Shown piece after piece: positions 1-9,532 of a DNA stretch of 32,000 nt (the first letter of the stretch is position 1; every line of letters starts with the position of its first letter). The position numbers and the translations under genes are program-made. The stretch comes from a bacterium (GTDB taxonomy: Bacteria > UBP7 > UBA6624 > JBBIMK01): assembly GCA_037444445.1 (NCBI GenBank), contig JBBIMK010000018.1, positions 7,535-39,534 on the forward strand. The letters are read 5' to 3'. The notes under the pieces were generated by a model. That model saw only the letters and a program-made list of their open reading frames with translations, was not told where the DNA came from and ran no database searches.

Positions 1-1
1 G

Positions 2-1864
2 AAGCGGGTCTACAGGTATCCACTGGAGTATGTGATAGAGGCGCTGGCACCGACAACGGAGCGGGATTTTGTTCTCCTACCGCCTGAGAAGCAGGAAATC
101 TATCGGGCAATCCAGGCGACACACATACACGGCTCCCCGGATGGTCCCTGGTTCTTCATCATTGCCCGGAATGACCCGTTAGAAAAAACGATGCAACTGA
201 TAGGAATTACCGACACATCCATGCTTCGCCCGCAGGTTTTCGCCCTCGCTCACACACCTGAAGGCAGTGGATTTCAGCCGGTTCATCTGGGCTTGATTGC
301 TTCCGAAAAGCAAGCCATTGATGCTGTGCTACGGAGTCTTCGCTCGGAAGACCTTCGCTTCTCCCTTTTCGCGGATCAATACTGGAACGCCCGCGGCGGT
401 AGCCACACCGACGGCGGTGCCTTTATCTTCTCCCTCAAGAACCAAAAGTTATCTTGCACCGATAAATTCGGAAAAGTTGTGAAACTGCCTGATGACCAGT
501 GGTGTACTTATAACCCCGACTGGATTCAGTCCTGGGAAAGGGAACATCCGGAAGAATTGAAGCAGAGTCAGGAAACTATGAGAAGATGGGTGGAATTCTT
601 CGGGCGGAGGGAGGATCCCTTCCTTTTTTTCCAGTTTCTAAATGGTGAAATAGAATTCCCTCATTCAGGTTATCACAAATGGCACCGGTTGAAAACCATG
701 GGGTATTCCTCTTACGAGCACCTGGGGCAGGCTCTACGGGAGTGGGCTGAGCAAAGTGTAAGACAGGGTCTATTCGCCATTGAGGTTCTTACTCTTTTAA
801 TTGACCGCAGGTATGACATTGGGGCGAAGAGGAGATGTTCCCTGCTCACCCTCCTTCACGGGGCCCTGTACAAAATTTTTCAGGATATACCCTGTATAGA
901 TGAGCAGAATGGAAAATGGGAAAAGGGGGAAGAGAATCAGGCATTTTTTACTTATCCACCGCCTGCCTCACTGGAGGCTCATTTAGTGAGAGTGGATTGG
1001 AAGAGGCGAGAAACATTGAGCCGGGCTCCCTCCCCCACCAGTGTTCTGGTAGTGGATGTGGGTAACTTCCCCCCGGAAGGTGAGGGAAGCATCTCGGAAT
1101 TTCTGGTGAAAGGATACCGCATGGGCTGGAGAGAATTTATCACTTATAACTGGCAGGGTCAGAGGTTCTGCGGTTGCGGGATGGGGTCCAACTCTCGCGG
1201 TGTTCGCATACAGGTCTACGGCTGCCCTGGCGACTATCTGGCCAGCGGGCTGGACGGCGGTGAAATCATCGTTCACGGTAGTGGGCAGGACCAGCTCGCC
1301 CAGATTATGAAAGACGGCAAACTGGTCATCCACGGCGATGTGGGGCAGACATTTTTATACGGAGCCAAGGGGGGCGAAATCTATGTCCTCGGCAATGCCG
1401 CTGGCCGTCCCCTCATCAACGCCGTGGGGAGACCCAGAGTCGTGATCAACGGCACCTGCCTGGATTATCTCGCTGAATCCTTTATGGCAGGAAACCCGTT
1501 AAAAGGGGGCGGGTTCGTTATCCTCAATGGCGTTTACTTTGATGAACACGGCAGGCTGAAAGAAATGGACACCCCTTATCCCGGCGGGAATATCTTCTCC
1601 CTGGCCTCCGGCGGCGCCATCTACCTTAGAGACCCCCAAAAAAGAGTAGAAGCCAATCAACTCAACGGAGGTCGTTTCGCCTCCCTCTCCGGGGATGACT
1701 GGCAACTCATCCTCCCTTATCTGCAAGAGAATGAAAGACTATTTGGTATTCGTGTAGAGGATTTACTCACGGTAGATGGAGAAAGGCTTCCACCGCAGGA
1801 GGTCTACCGCAAGGTGGAGGCTGTGCCGTTAAGCATTCTCGCCACCATCACTGCCCACCAGTGA
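2..1864 (+). CDS. Glutamate-synthase-related protein, 5' end cut by the window edge: class-II glutamine amidotransferase-like part plus C-terminal GXGXG domain
   Basis: The frame is open back to nt 2, with no stop upstream of GTG 32. 'ITDTSMLRPQVF' resembles the internal GATase-II '(D)RNGLRP' motif, so the true N-terminus should lie off-window. The C-terminal 'VYGCPGDYLASGLDGGEIIVHGSGQD..VIHGDVGQTFLYGAKGGEIYVLGNAAGRP' is the tandem GXGXG repeat seen in GltB domain 3 and FwdC. Stop at 1862-1864. Confidence 0.7.
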   Translation, partial: KRVYRYPLEYVIEALAPTTERDFVLLPPEKQEIYRAIQATHIHGSPDGPWFFIIARNDPLEKTMQLIGITDTSMLRPQVFALAHTPEGSGFQPVHLGLIASEKQAIDAVLRSLRSEDLRFSLFADQYWNARGGSHTDGGAFIFSLKNQKLSCTDKFGKVVKLPDDQWCTYNPDWIQSWEREHPEELKQSQETMRRWVEFFGRREDPFLFFQFLNGEIEFPHSGYHKWHRLKTMGYSSYEHLGQALREWAEQSVRQGLFAIEVLTLLIDRRYDIGAKRRCSLLTLLHGALYKIFQDIPCIDEQNGKWEKGEENQAFFTYPPPASLEAHLVRVDWKRRETLSRAPSPTSVLVVDVGNFPPEGEGSISEFLVKGYRMGWREFITYNWQGQRFCGCGMGSNSRGVRIQVYGCPGDYLASGLDGGEIIVHGSGQDQLAQIMKDGKLVIHGDVGQTFLYGAKGGEIYVLGNAAGRPLINAVGRPRVVINGTCLDYLAESFMAGNPLKGGGFVILNGVYFDEHGRLKEMDTPYPGGNIFSLASGGAIYLRDPQKRVEANQLNGGRFASLSGDDWQLILPYLQENERLFGIRVEDLLTVDGERLPPQEVYRKVEAVPLSILATITAHQ

Positions 1865-1967
1865 AAATAGAGCCCAGAGATGAACCGGCCTGCCCCCCCA
1901 ATCCATTCATAAATCACAGGGATTTAGAGTTCATCGTTTCTACCTGGTTGACTTTTCCCGGCATCCC

Positions 1968-2004
1968 GGTAAGGCAATCCGGAATCCTTACCCCCTACTT
2001 TTTT
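1968..2004 (+). terminator. Terminator-like hairpin after the GXGXG gene
   Basis: Perfect 7-bp inverted repeat GGTAAGG (1968-1974) / CCTTACC (1986-1992) with an 11-nt loop, then a T6 run at 1999-2004. The 6-nt spacer between stem and T-run is longer than ideal. Confidence 0.35.
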
Positions 2005-2059
2005 CCCCGACAGGCACAGGCGTAACTGGTTCCTGGGGACCGGCACCGGGCAAGGGATG

Positions 2060-2068
2060 TGCTATAAT
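2060..2068 (+). promoter_or_regulatory. Extended -10 promoter element (TGcTATAAT) immediately upstream of infB
   Basis: TG at 2060-2061, TATAAT at 2063-2068. The ATG ATG of infB is at 2074-2079, 5-8 nt downstream. No Shine-Dalgarno lies between them and no good -35 was seen. Confidence 0.5.
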
Positions 2069-2073
2069 ATGTT

Positions 2074-4245
2074 ATGATGCGAGAATTACGGGTTTATGAA
2101 TATGCAAAAGAGAAGGGATTGTCCAGTCAGGAGGTGCTGGAGATTCTTCGTTCAAAAGGGGTGGCAGTGAAGTCCCATGTGAATAAGTTAACAGAAGAGC
2201 AATGGAAGGTGGTAGACAGGGAACTGGCATTACGGGCGAAAGAAAAAGAAAAGGCGCCCCCTCCAGTTGTTGAGCCTCCCCGGGTGGAAAAGAAAGAGGA
2301 ACTTTCGGAGCCTCCTGCTTTGCCTCCGGAGGAGCCAGTGAAAGTGAGTGAACTTCCCCCAAAACTTTCCCGGGAAAAGGGAGAAATGCCATTGGGTGTT
2401 CGGACGAGGCCAATTTTTAAAATCCCCTCAAAAGTCCGGAAGACTCCCGAGACAGTAGTGAAGCCTCCAGAGCGTAAGAAAGCCTTCCGGGTGAAACCCG
2501 GTATTACTTTGAGTGAGCTCTCCCGAACCATTGGCGTCTCAATCCCGGATATGATGGATTTTTTGATGAAGCAGGGCTTTTTGATACCCCAGAATAAGCC
2601 ATTACCGGAGGAACTTATCCTACAAATTGCTCGGCATTTCAAGGTTGAGATAGAACTTCAGAAGAGAGTGGAAGAAGCGGGGGAGATCCCGGATGATTCA
2701 GTGGCAGAGCGGATGACGGAACGCCCGCCGATAATCACCGTGATGGGGCATGTAGACCACGGAAAAACTCTGCTGTTGGACGCCATTCGGAAAAGTCGGG
2801 TGGCAGAGAAGGAAGTGGGGGGAATCACCCAGAAAATTGGCGCTTACCAGGTGGAAGTGAAAGGGAAGAAAATCACTTTCATTGACACACCCGGGCATAA
2901 AGCCTTTACATCTATGCGGGCTCACGGAGCCCGGATTACGGACATTGCCGTGCTTGTGGTGGCCGCCGATGAGGGAGTGAAACCTCAAACTCTGGAGGCT
3001 CTGGACCATATCCGCGCCGCTCAGGTGGAGATGATTGTGGCAGTGAACAAAATTGACAAGCCCAATGCTCAAGTAGAGAAAGTGAAGAAAGAGCTGTCCG
3101 ACCTGGGCGTGGTACCTGATGACTGGGGCGGGGATGTGCTGTTCGTCCCCGTCTCTGCCAAAACGACGGAGGGGATTGATTCTCTCCTTGAAGCCATCCT
3201 GATTGTGGCGGACCTGTTAGAGTTAAAAGCGGACCCGGAGGCACGCCCCCGCGCCACCGTGATTGAAGCCTCCCAGAGTAAAGAGTTCGGGAAAAATGCC
3301 ACCGTGATTGTGGAAAATGGAACTCTGAGAAAAGGAGACCTCGTAGTGATTGGCTCAACCTGGGGACGGATTAAGGTCTTGATGGATGAGAATCTCAATC
3401 CTGTGAAAGAAGCACTTCCTGGCACGCCCGTGAGGATAGTGGGTTTGGCCGGTGTGCCGAAGCCGGGAGACCGCCTCTGGAAAGCGGCGGATGAACGGGA
3501 AATACGAAGATGGATGGAAAGTCAAAAAGAACCTGTGGAGGAAGAGTCCCTGCCCCGAACGGTCAAACTGGAAGATTTCATGGAGCGCTCCAGAGAAGAG
3601 AAAATCAAAGAACTGCGCCTCGTCTTGAAAGCATCCTCCCAGGGGGCACTGGAAGCTCTGAAAAAAGAAACGGCAGAAATACCCACAGGCGAAATGGAGT
3701 TAAAAGTCCTCCGGACAGGTGTGGGCGACATCACCAGTTCAGATGTCCTCCTGGCGGCCGCTTCCAGGGCTGTCGTGATGGGTTTTGATGTGGGTGTAGA
3801 GCCTTCGGCAGTTCAAGAGGCTTCCTGCCACGGCGTAGACATCCGAATATACTCCGTAATTTTTGAAGTGGTAGAAGATGTGAAGAGAGCCCTTTTGGGA
3901 TTGGCGCCTCCGGAGGAGGTGGAGGAAGAAATCGGCGAGGCGGAAGTGAAGGCCATCTTTCGGATTACCACTCAGGGGGCTGTCGCGGGCGCTCTGGTTC
4001 GCAAAGGAGTGCTGGAACGCGCCCGAAAAATCGTCGTCTACCGGAATGGTTCCGACATCTTTACCGGCATCCTTTCCTCTCTCCGCCGCTTCACCGAAGA
4101 TGTCCCCCGGGTGTCTGCAGGCTATGAATGCGGCATCGGCATTGAAGGCATCAAAGACCTTCAGGAAGGCGACCTGATCCGATGCTACAAAATGACGGAG
4201 AAAAAGAAAACAGCCGGAGAAATCCTCAGCGCCCCTACCGAATAA
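2074..4245 (+). CDS. infB: Translation initiation factor IF-2
   Basis: IF2 N-terminal domain 'LRVYEYAKEKGLSSQEVLEILRSKG'. GTPase G1-G4 motifs: 'GHVDHGKTLLLDAI', 'DTPGH', 'NKID', 'SAK'. Full-length C-terminal domains are present. Confidence 0.97.
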   Translation: MMRELRVYEYAKEKGLSSQEVLEILRSKGVAVKSHVNKLTEEQWKVVDRELALRAKEKEKAPPPVVEPPRVEKKEELSEPPALPPEEPVKVSELPPKLSREKGEMPLGVRTRPIFKIPSKVRKTPETVVKPPERKKAFRVKPGITLSELSRTIGVSIPDMMDFLMKQGFLIPQNKPLPEELILQIARHFKVEIELQKRVEEAGEIPDDSVAERMTERPPIITVMGHVDHGKTLLLDAIRKSRVAEKEVGGITQKIGAYQVEVKGKKITFIDTPGHKAFTSMRAHGARITDIAVLVVAADEGVKPQTLEALDHIRAAQVEMIVAVNKIDKPNAQVEKVKKELSDLGVVPDDWGGDVLFVPVSAKTTEGIDSLLEAILIVADLLELKADPEARPRATVIEASQSKEFGKNATVIVENGTLRKGDLVVIGSTWGRIKVLMDENLNPVKEALPGTPVRIVGLAGVPKPGDRLWKAADEREIRRWMESQKEPVEEESLPRTVKLEDFMERSREEKIKELRLVLKASSQGALEALKKETAEIPTGEMELKVLRTGVGDITSSDVLLAAASRAVVMGFDVGVEPSAVQEASCHGVDIRIYSVIFEVVEDVKRALLGLAPPEEVEEEIGEAEVKAIFRITTQGAVAGALVRKGVLERARKIVVYRNGSDIFTGILSSLRRFTEDVPRVSAGYECGIGIEGIKDLQEGDLIRCYKMTEKKKTAGEILSAPTE

Positions 4246-4249
4246 AGCC

Positions 4250-4531
4250 ATGTTTACGGGCAGTGGTTATGTGATTCTGCACTTGCTCCATGCAGGCTCC
4301 TTAAAGGAGAAAAGGCGAATGGTCAAGCACATTCTGGCGAACCTTCAGTTGAAATTCAAAGTGGCCGTTGCAGAAGTGGGATATCAAGATAAATGGCAGA
4401 TGTGCAAAATTGCCTTCGCCACCGTGGGAGCCCGCCACAAGGATGTAGAACAATTTGCCACCCGAATTCTCAATTACCTGGATGACCTGGAGGGTATAGA
4501 AGTTCTGGAAAGGAATCTACAGGTGATATAG
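4250..4531 (+). CDS. ylxP: DUF503 (YlxP-like) protein
   Basis: 93 aa in the classical position between infB and rbfA. 'GYVILHLLHAGSLKEKRRMVKHIL' is typical of DUF503. Confidence 0.8.
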   Translation: MFTGSGYVILHLLHAGSLKEKRRMVKHILANLQLKFKVAVAEVGYQDKWQMCKIAFATVGARHKDVEQFATRILNYLDDLEGIEVLERNLQVI

Positions 4532-4891
4532 ATGAAACTTTATAGAAGAGAAAAAATAGAACGGATCTTTCGGGATGACATCAGCCGTGCCATATCCCGA
4601 ATGAAGGATCCCCGTCTGGGATTTGTTACCCTCACCCGTGTAAAACTCTCGGAAGACTTCAAGCACCTGAAAGTAGGTGTGAGCGTCCTCGGCGACCGGG
4701 AAATGAAAAAACACTCCCTCCAGGCCCTCCACTCCGCTACCGGCTTTATCCGCTCTTACCTGAAAAAACACATCCATATCCGGATTATCCCCGAACTTCA
4801 TATCGTGCTGGATGAAAGGTTTGAAGAAGCTGAACGTGTCTATCAAATCCTGCGCTCCATCCAGAAAGAAAAGCAAGATGAAGCAGGATAA
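4532..4891 (+). CDS. rbfA: Ribosome-binding factor A
   Basis: 'RIFRDDISRAISRMKDPRLGFVTLTRVKLSEDFKHLKV' matches the RbfA KH-like core. AGGTGA Shine-Dalgarno just upstream. Synteny with infB and truB. Confidence 0.93.
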   Translation: MKLYRREKIERIFRDDISRAISRMKDPRLGFVTLTRVKLSEDFKHLKVGVSVLGDREMKKHSLQALHSATGFIRSYLKKHIHIRIIPELHIVLDERFEEAERVYQILRSIQKEKQDEAG

Positions 4892-5855
4892 GATTCTACC
4901 TCTTTTGCAGAGCGCTCGGAATATCTTGCTGGTTACCCATAAAAACCCGGATGGAGATGGAGTAGGAGCAGTGGTAGCTCTCTCTTTATCTCTGGAAAGG
5001 GCTTCCAAAAGGATTTACCCTGTTATTGAGGATCCCATTTCTGCCGTCTATTCCTCTTTAGCGGGTGTGGAAAAGATACAACGAACGCTTCCACCGGATA
5101 CAGACAAGATAGACCTGGGCTTTAGCCTGGACGCCGCCGATATGATGCGGTTTACACCGACCGTCCGTGAAGTCCTGGAACACCGCCGATTTCCGCTGGT
5201 GAACCTGGACCATCATCCCGGAAATCAGGGGTTTGGGGATATCAACATACTGGACGCGCAAGCCTGCTCCACTGCCATGCTGGTCTTCCGCTTTCTGAAG
5301 GAAGTTCAACTTCCCATCACCCCGGACATTGCCTCCGCTCTGTATGTGGGATACCTGATTGACACCGGGCGGTTTTCCTTCCAGAACACCACCGCTGAAA
5401 CCCTGCGGGATGCGATGGAACTGGTTCAACTGGGAGCGGACCCCTATCGCATGAATTCACTCCTGTATTTTTCTCTTCCCCGGTCGCACTTGAAACTTCT
5501 TGGGCGGAGCCTGGAACGCTTCTCCCTCCTGAATGGAACACGCCTGGGATGGAGTCAACTTCACCGACAGGATTTCCAGGATGTAAATGCAGACCCTTCG
5601 GATGTGGAGGGAATCCCTGAGTTCCTTCTGACGGGTCAGGATGTGGATATTATTCTTTTATTCGTGGAGAGCATACAGGATGACCGCATACGCATAAGTT
5701 TTCGCTCCAAGGGCGACATAGACATCTCTCATCTGGCGAGGGCATTGGGGGGCGGTGGCCACAGAAATGCCGCCGGCGCTCAGATGCCAGGACCCCTCCA
5801 GGAAGTGATCCAGTATGTCCTCCGTCAAGCCTCTACCTTTCTGTCTACTCCATGA
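4878..5855 (+). CDS. nrnA: DHH/DHHA1 phosphoesterase (NrnA-like oligoribonuclease / pAp phosphatase)
   Basis: 'LLVTHKNPDGDGVGA', 'DHH', 'GGGHRNAAGAQ' (DHHA1). I place the start at ATG 4878 (MKQDKILPLL..), overlapping the rbfA end, rather than the ORF-track start 4812, which lies deep inside rbfA. Confidence 0.8.
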   Translation: MKQDKILPLLQSARNILLVTHKNPDGDGVGAVVALSLSLERASKRIYPVIEDPISAVYSSLAGVEKIQRTLPPDTDKIDLGFSLDAADMMRFTPTVREVLEHRRFPLVNLDHHPGNQGFGDINILDAQACSTAMLVFRFLKEVQLPITPDIASALYVGYLIDTGRFSFQNTTAETLRDAMELVQLGADPYRMNSLLYFSLPRSHLKLLGRSLERFSLLNGTRLGWSQLHRQDFQDVNADPSDVEGIPEFLLTGQDVDIILLFVESIQDDRIRISFRSKGDIDISHLARALGGGGHRNAAGAQMPGPLQEVIQYVLRQASTFLSTP

Positions 5856-6730
5856 TTGGATTCCTCGGCTTGATTAAACCCCCTTTTATGTCTTCCTTTG
5901 ATGTGATACGCTATCTTCGGCGTCTGGGCGTGAAAGAAAAAATGGGACATACAGGCACCCTGGACAACCTGGGGATGGGAGTTCTGACGCTGGCGGTGGG
6001 GAAAGCCACCCGCCTCGTAGAATTCTATATGCGTGAGAAAAGATACTGCGCCGAAATTACCCTGGGCATCACCACCGATACTCACGATGTGGAAGGGAAA
6101 GTCCTGGCAAATCGGGTAGAGGAAATCCCTTTATACACCCGGGAGGACATCCTGAAATCGCTGGCCGGGTTTCACGGAGAAATGGAGCAGGTTCCCCCCG
6201 AGCACTCTGCGAAAAAACTGGATGGTCATCGCGCCTATGAACTCGCCAGAAAGGGGGTGGCAGTCCACCTGAAGCCACAGAGAATTAAAATTCACCGGAT
6301 AGAACTCCTGAGCCTCAGTAACGAGAAGCCGCAGCGACTTCTGGTAGATGTCCATTGCTCCACTGGCACATATTTACGGGGAATAGCACGGGACCTGGGC
6401 GAAAAAATTGGCTCCGGTGCCACCCTCACTTTCCTGGTCCGGACTTACGCTTGCCCTTTTTCTATTGAAGAGTGCGCAACTCTGGAAGAAATTCAGAAAG
6501 CCGGCGGGATTTCCCCCTTCCTGAAACCTCCAGATGTGGGGCTCACCGACTTTCCCCGCTTCACCCTCACAGAATCCGAAAAAAGGCTCCTCTTAATGGG
6601 GAAAAAATTACGCGTCGGCAGAGGCTTCTCCTACCGATACTACCGCCTGTATTCCCCCTCTAACGAGTTCCTTGCTATCGGAGTGAAACAGGGCTCGTTT
6701 CTCAGTCCTTATAAAAGGATGGTGTCTTGA
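5852..6730 (+). CDS. truB: tRNA pseudouridine(55) synthase
   Basis: 'GFLGLIKPPFMSSFDV' and the catalytic-Asp motif 'GHTGTLDNLGMGVLTLAVGKATR'. ATGA overlap with the upstream gene. Confidence 0.93.
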   Translation: MIGFLGLIKPPFMSSFDVIRYLRRLGVKEKMGHTGTLDNLGMGVLTLAVGKATRLVEFYMREKRYCAEITLGITTDTHDVEGKVLANRVEEIPLYTREDILKSLAGFHGEMEQVPPEHSAKKLDGHRAYELARKGVAVHLKPQRIKIHRIELLSLSNEKPQRLLVDVHCSTGTYLRGIARDLGEKIGSGATLTFLVRTYACPFSIEECATLEEIQKAGGISPFLKPPDVGLTDFPRFTLTESEKRLLLMGKKLRVGRGFSYRYYRLYSPSNEFLAIGVKQGSFLSPYKRMVS

Positions 6731-6733
6731 ATC

Positions 6734-7846
6734 ATGAAAGAGGATGATTTTCACGACCTGGTGAATCCCCATATTCTGAAATTATCCCCCTATGTTCCGG
6801 GGAAGCCCATAGAGGAAGTTCAGAGAGAACTTGGATTGAAAGAAATCCACAAACTGGCTTCCAACGAAAGTTGTGTGGGAACTTCCTCCCTGGCTCAACA
6901 GCGACTGATGGAATATGCCAGCCAATTATATCTATACCCGGATAGCACCTGCTATTCCCTCCGCCAGGCACTGGCAAAAAAACATCAAGTGGGAATGGAC
7001 TCCATTCTGGTGAGCAATGGAGCGGTAGAAATTCTTTATTTCCTGGCAGTGGCTCTATTGAGTTCCCAGGATGAGGTGATTGCGGGAGAAGTTTCATTCG
7101 CCATGTATCCGGTGGTCACCCAGTTAATGAACGCCACACTGGTAAAGACCCCGATGACAGATTTCCGGCTGGATTTGAAAGCTATGGCTCGTGCGGTCAC
7201 GGGTCGCACGAAAGTAATTTTCATTGACAATCCCAACAATCCGGCGGGCACCATTGTCACCCGTCAGGAAGTGGAAACCCTGCTGGAAATGATTCCGCCC
7301 CGGGTGCTGGTGGTTTTTGATGAAGCCTATGTGGAATTTGTAGAGTCCCCTGATTTCCCGGACACCCTCTCGTATTTGAGGGACGGAAGGCGAGTGGCTG
7401 TTCTACGGACCTTCTCCAAAAACTATGGGCTGGCGGGATTACGGGCTGGTTATATTCTGGGGCCTCCCGCTTTGATGGAGATTCTCAGAAGAGTGCAACC
7501 ACCGTTTAATGTGAATGCAGCCGCCCAAGCGGCTGCCCTGGCTGCCTTAGACGATGACACCCATCTGAAGACCACGGTCAAAGTCACCCGAAAAGAAAAA
7601 AGGTTCTTATATGAAGGGTTTGACCGCCTGCATCTGTTTTATGTACCCAGTGAGAGCAATTTTATCCTGGTAAACACAGGAATTAATGCCATAGAATTCT
7701 TCCAGCAACTCCTCCAGGAAGGAATCATCGTTCGCCCGGTGGGACCGGCACTTCCCACCTTTGTTCGCATCAGCGTAGGCTCTCACGAGGCGAACAACAG
7801 ACTTCTGGAGAGCATTGAGAAGATTCTCGCTGGCGCTATGGAATGA
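6734..7846 (+). CDS. hisC: Histidinol-phosphate aminotransferase
   Basis: Class-II aminotransferase motifs 'NPNNPAGT' and the PLP-Lys motif 'FSKNYGLAGLRAGY'. Length 370 aa. Confidence 0.85.
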   Translation: MKEDDFHDLVNPHILKLSPYVPGKPIEEVQRELGLKEIHKLASNESCVGTSSLAQQRLMEYASQLYLYPDSTCYSLRQALAKKHQVGMDSILVSNGAVEILYFLAVALLSSQDEVIAGEVSFAMYPVVTQLMNATLVKTPMTDFRLDLKAMARAVTGRTKVIFIDNPNNPAGTIVTRQEVETLLEMIPPRVLVVFDEAYVEFVESPDFPDTLSYLRDGRRVAVLRTFSKNYGLAGLRAGYILGPPALMEILRRVQPPFNVNAAAQAAALAALDDDTHLKTTVKVTRKEKRFLYEGFDRLHLFYVPSESNFILVNTGINAIEFFQQLLQEGIIVRPVGPALPTFVRISVGSHEANNRLLESIEKILAGAME

Positions 7847-9528
7847 AATATCCTTTTTCCCTGCTCCTTGTCGTTTCTATCCTCTCGCTTTCCGCTATTC
7901 CTCAACTTTCTGAACATCTTTCCTCTACCCACTTTGACATCTATTTTGACCCTCAGGATACCAGTGTGGTTACAGAACTTCTGGCGCAGGCCGAAAGCGA
8001 TTTCACTCTACTCAGTGCGCTCTGGGGGCAGGCTCCTCTTCAAAAAATTCAAATTATCCTTCATCCCAATGCCCTATCCCTGTGGGAAGAATCAGAAAAT
8101 AATGCCAGTTCACTCCGGGGCGAGCCTTATACTTCCCCGGACGGCACTCTGCATTTCCTCTCACCCCGGGATGGATGGCGAACCTCACGGTCCCTATTTC
8201 AATCCACCTTGCTCCATGAACTCGGGCACGCTTTTATGAGCCTGGAGAATATCGGAAGCGAGTCTCTCCCACTCTGGTTTCGGGAGGGCATGGCAGAATT
8301 ACCCGTAACCATCAAAAATATCCCCCGTCAACAGGACTACCTGCGTGATGCCGTGCTAACCGGGAAGTTCCCGGACCTATTGAAAGATGCCAGTGTTTCC
8401 CGGCGGCTTTTTTATGCCGCCAGCGATTCTTTTCTCACCTGGATGCGGAATAAACAAGGGGAGGGCGCATTCAAAAGCCTTCTAACGCAGTTGAAAACTT
8501 TGCCCCTGGAGCAAGCATGGTCCTCCGTTTTTCAGCAATCTCTTTCTCAGTCGTTCAACGCCTGGCAACAAGAAATCACCTCCAGTTTTCTGAAACATTT
8601 TAACGGCATGCCACTCCGGCCAAGAAGCCAGCGTATATTTTCTAAATATCCTGTTCTGGACTATCGGATTAAAAATTCCCTGATCATTCTCCGCCTTCCG
8701 GAAGGGCAGGACATTTTTCTGTATGACCCGAGTAAGGGCACTTTGAAAAACCTCACGAATACTCCCGGTGCACTGGAAGTGGACCCGGAAATAGCGGGCG
8801 ATACCCTTTACTTCTCTTCCTCCCGCCGGGACATGGATTTTGACCTGTGGGAAGTTCATATAGATGGCACAGGGCTTCAACTACTCACCACCTCTCCGGG
8901 CGGTGATTTCTCTCCACGGTCCCATCCGCTAATTCGCGAACGGATTGCTTTCATCTCATCCTCTTCAGGCAACCCCGACCTCTTTCTTTATGATGCCAGA
9001 AAAATCATTCCCCTGACTTCTACCCCGGAAGAAGAAACAAACCCTCAATGGGATGCTTCCGGTGATTTCCTTTACTTCCTGCGCACAGGAAATGAGAACA
9101 CTGCCTTGCTTCGCATCAAACTCGCAACCTTTCAAACCCAGAAACTCCCCTTCAACGGGAATATCGTGCAATTTGCCAACCACCCTCTCCTGGATGTCAC
9201 AGCCTTCCTGGGAGAGGTGGAGAAAGCTACGAACCTGTATGAATATGTGTGGACGCAGAACCGACTGGACCAACTGACTATGGACGGCGCCAGAAAAACA
9301 GAAGTCGCCTGGTCCGATGATGGCCACTTCCTGGCTTATACACAGGAAATTCAGGGTCAACTGGACATCTATCTGTATGATATGGAGGCTTCCTATTCCC
9401 GCCGTCTCACCCGGACTGCATTGGACGAAACTAACCTGCAATGGAGTAGCCGGGGGAGTTTATACTTTTTAACCGGTGAACTGTGGAAAAAAGAACTGTA
9501 CCGAATCTTTCCAATAAGGGGGAGATGA
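7843..9528 (+). CDS. Secreted peptidase-MA-like metalloprotease fused to a TolB-like (PD40) beta-propeller
   Basis: Signal peptide 'MKYPFSLLLVVSILSLSAIP'. Zinc motif 'LLHELGHAF' followed by 'WFREGMAE' (HExxH ... E, MA clan). The C-terminal half has repeated 'D..P..S.DG..I.F.S.R.G..DL(F/W)' PD40-like units. ATGA overlap with hisC. Confidence 0.7.
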   Translation: MKYPFSLLLVVSILSLSAIPQLSEHLSSTHFDIYFDPQDTSVVTELLAQAESDFTLLSALWGQAPLQKIQIILHPNALSLWEESENNASSLRGEPYTSPDGTLHFLSPRDGWRTSRSLFQSTLLHELGHAFMSLENIGSESLPLWFREGMAELPVTIKNIPRQQDYLRDAVLTGKFPDLLKDASVSRRLFYAASDSFLTWMRNKQGEGAFKSLLTQLKTLPLEQAWSSVFQQSLSQSFNAWQQEITSSFLKHFNGMPLRPRSQRIFSKYPVLDYRIKNSLIILRLPEGQDIFLYDPSKGTLKNLTNTPGALEVDPEIAGDTLYFSSSRRDMDFDLWEVHIDGTGLQLLTTSPGGDFSPRSHPLIRERIAFISSSSGNPDLFLYDARKIIPLTSTPEEETNPQWDASGDFLYFLRTGNENTALLRIKLATFQTQKLPFNGNIVQFANHPLLDVTAFLGEVEKATNLYEYVWTQNRLDQLTMDGARKTEVAWSDDGHFLAYTQEIQGQLDIYLYDMEASYSRRLTRTALDETNLQWSSRGSLYFLTGELWKKELYRIFPIRGR

Positions 9529-9532
9529 TAAG

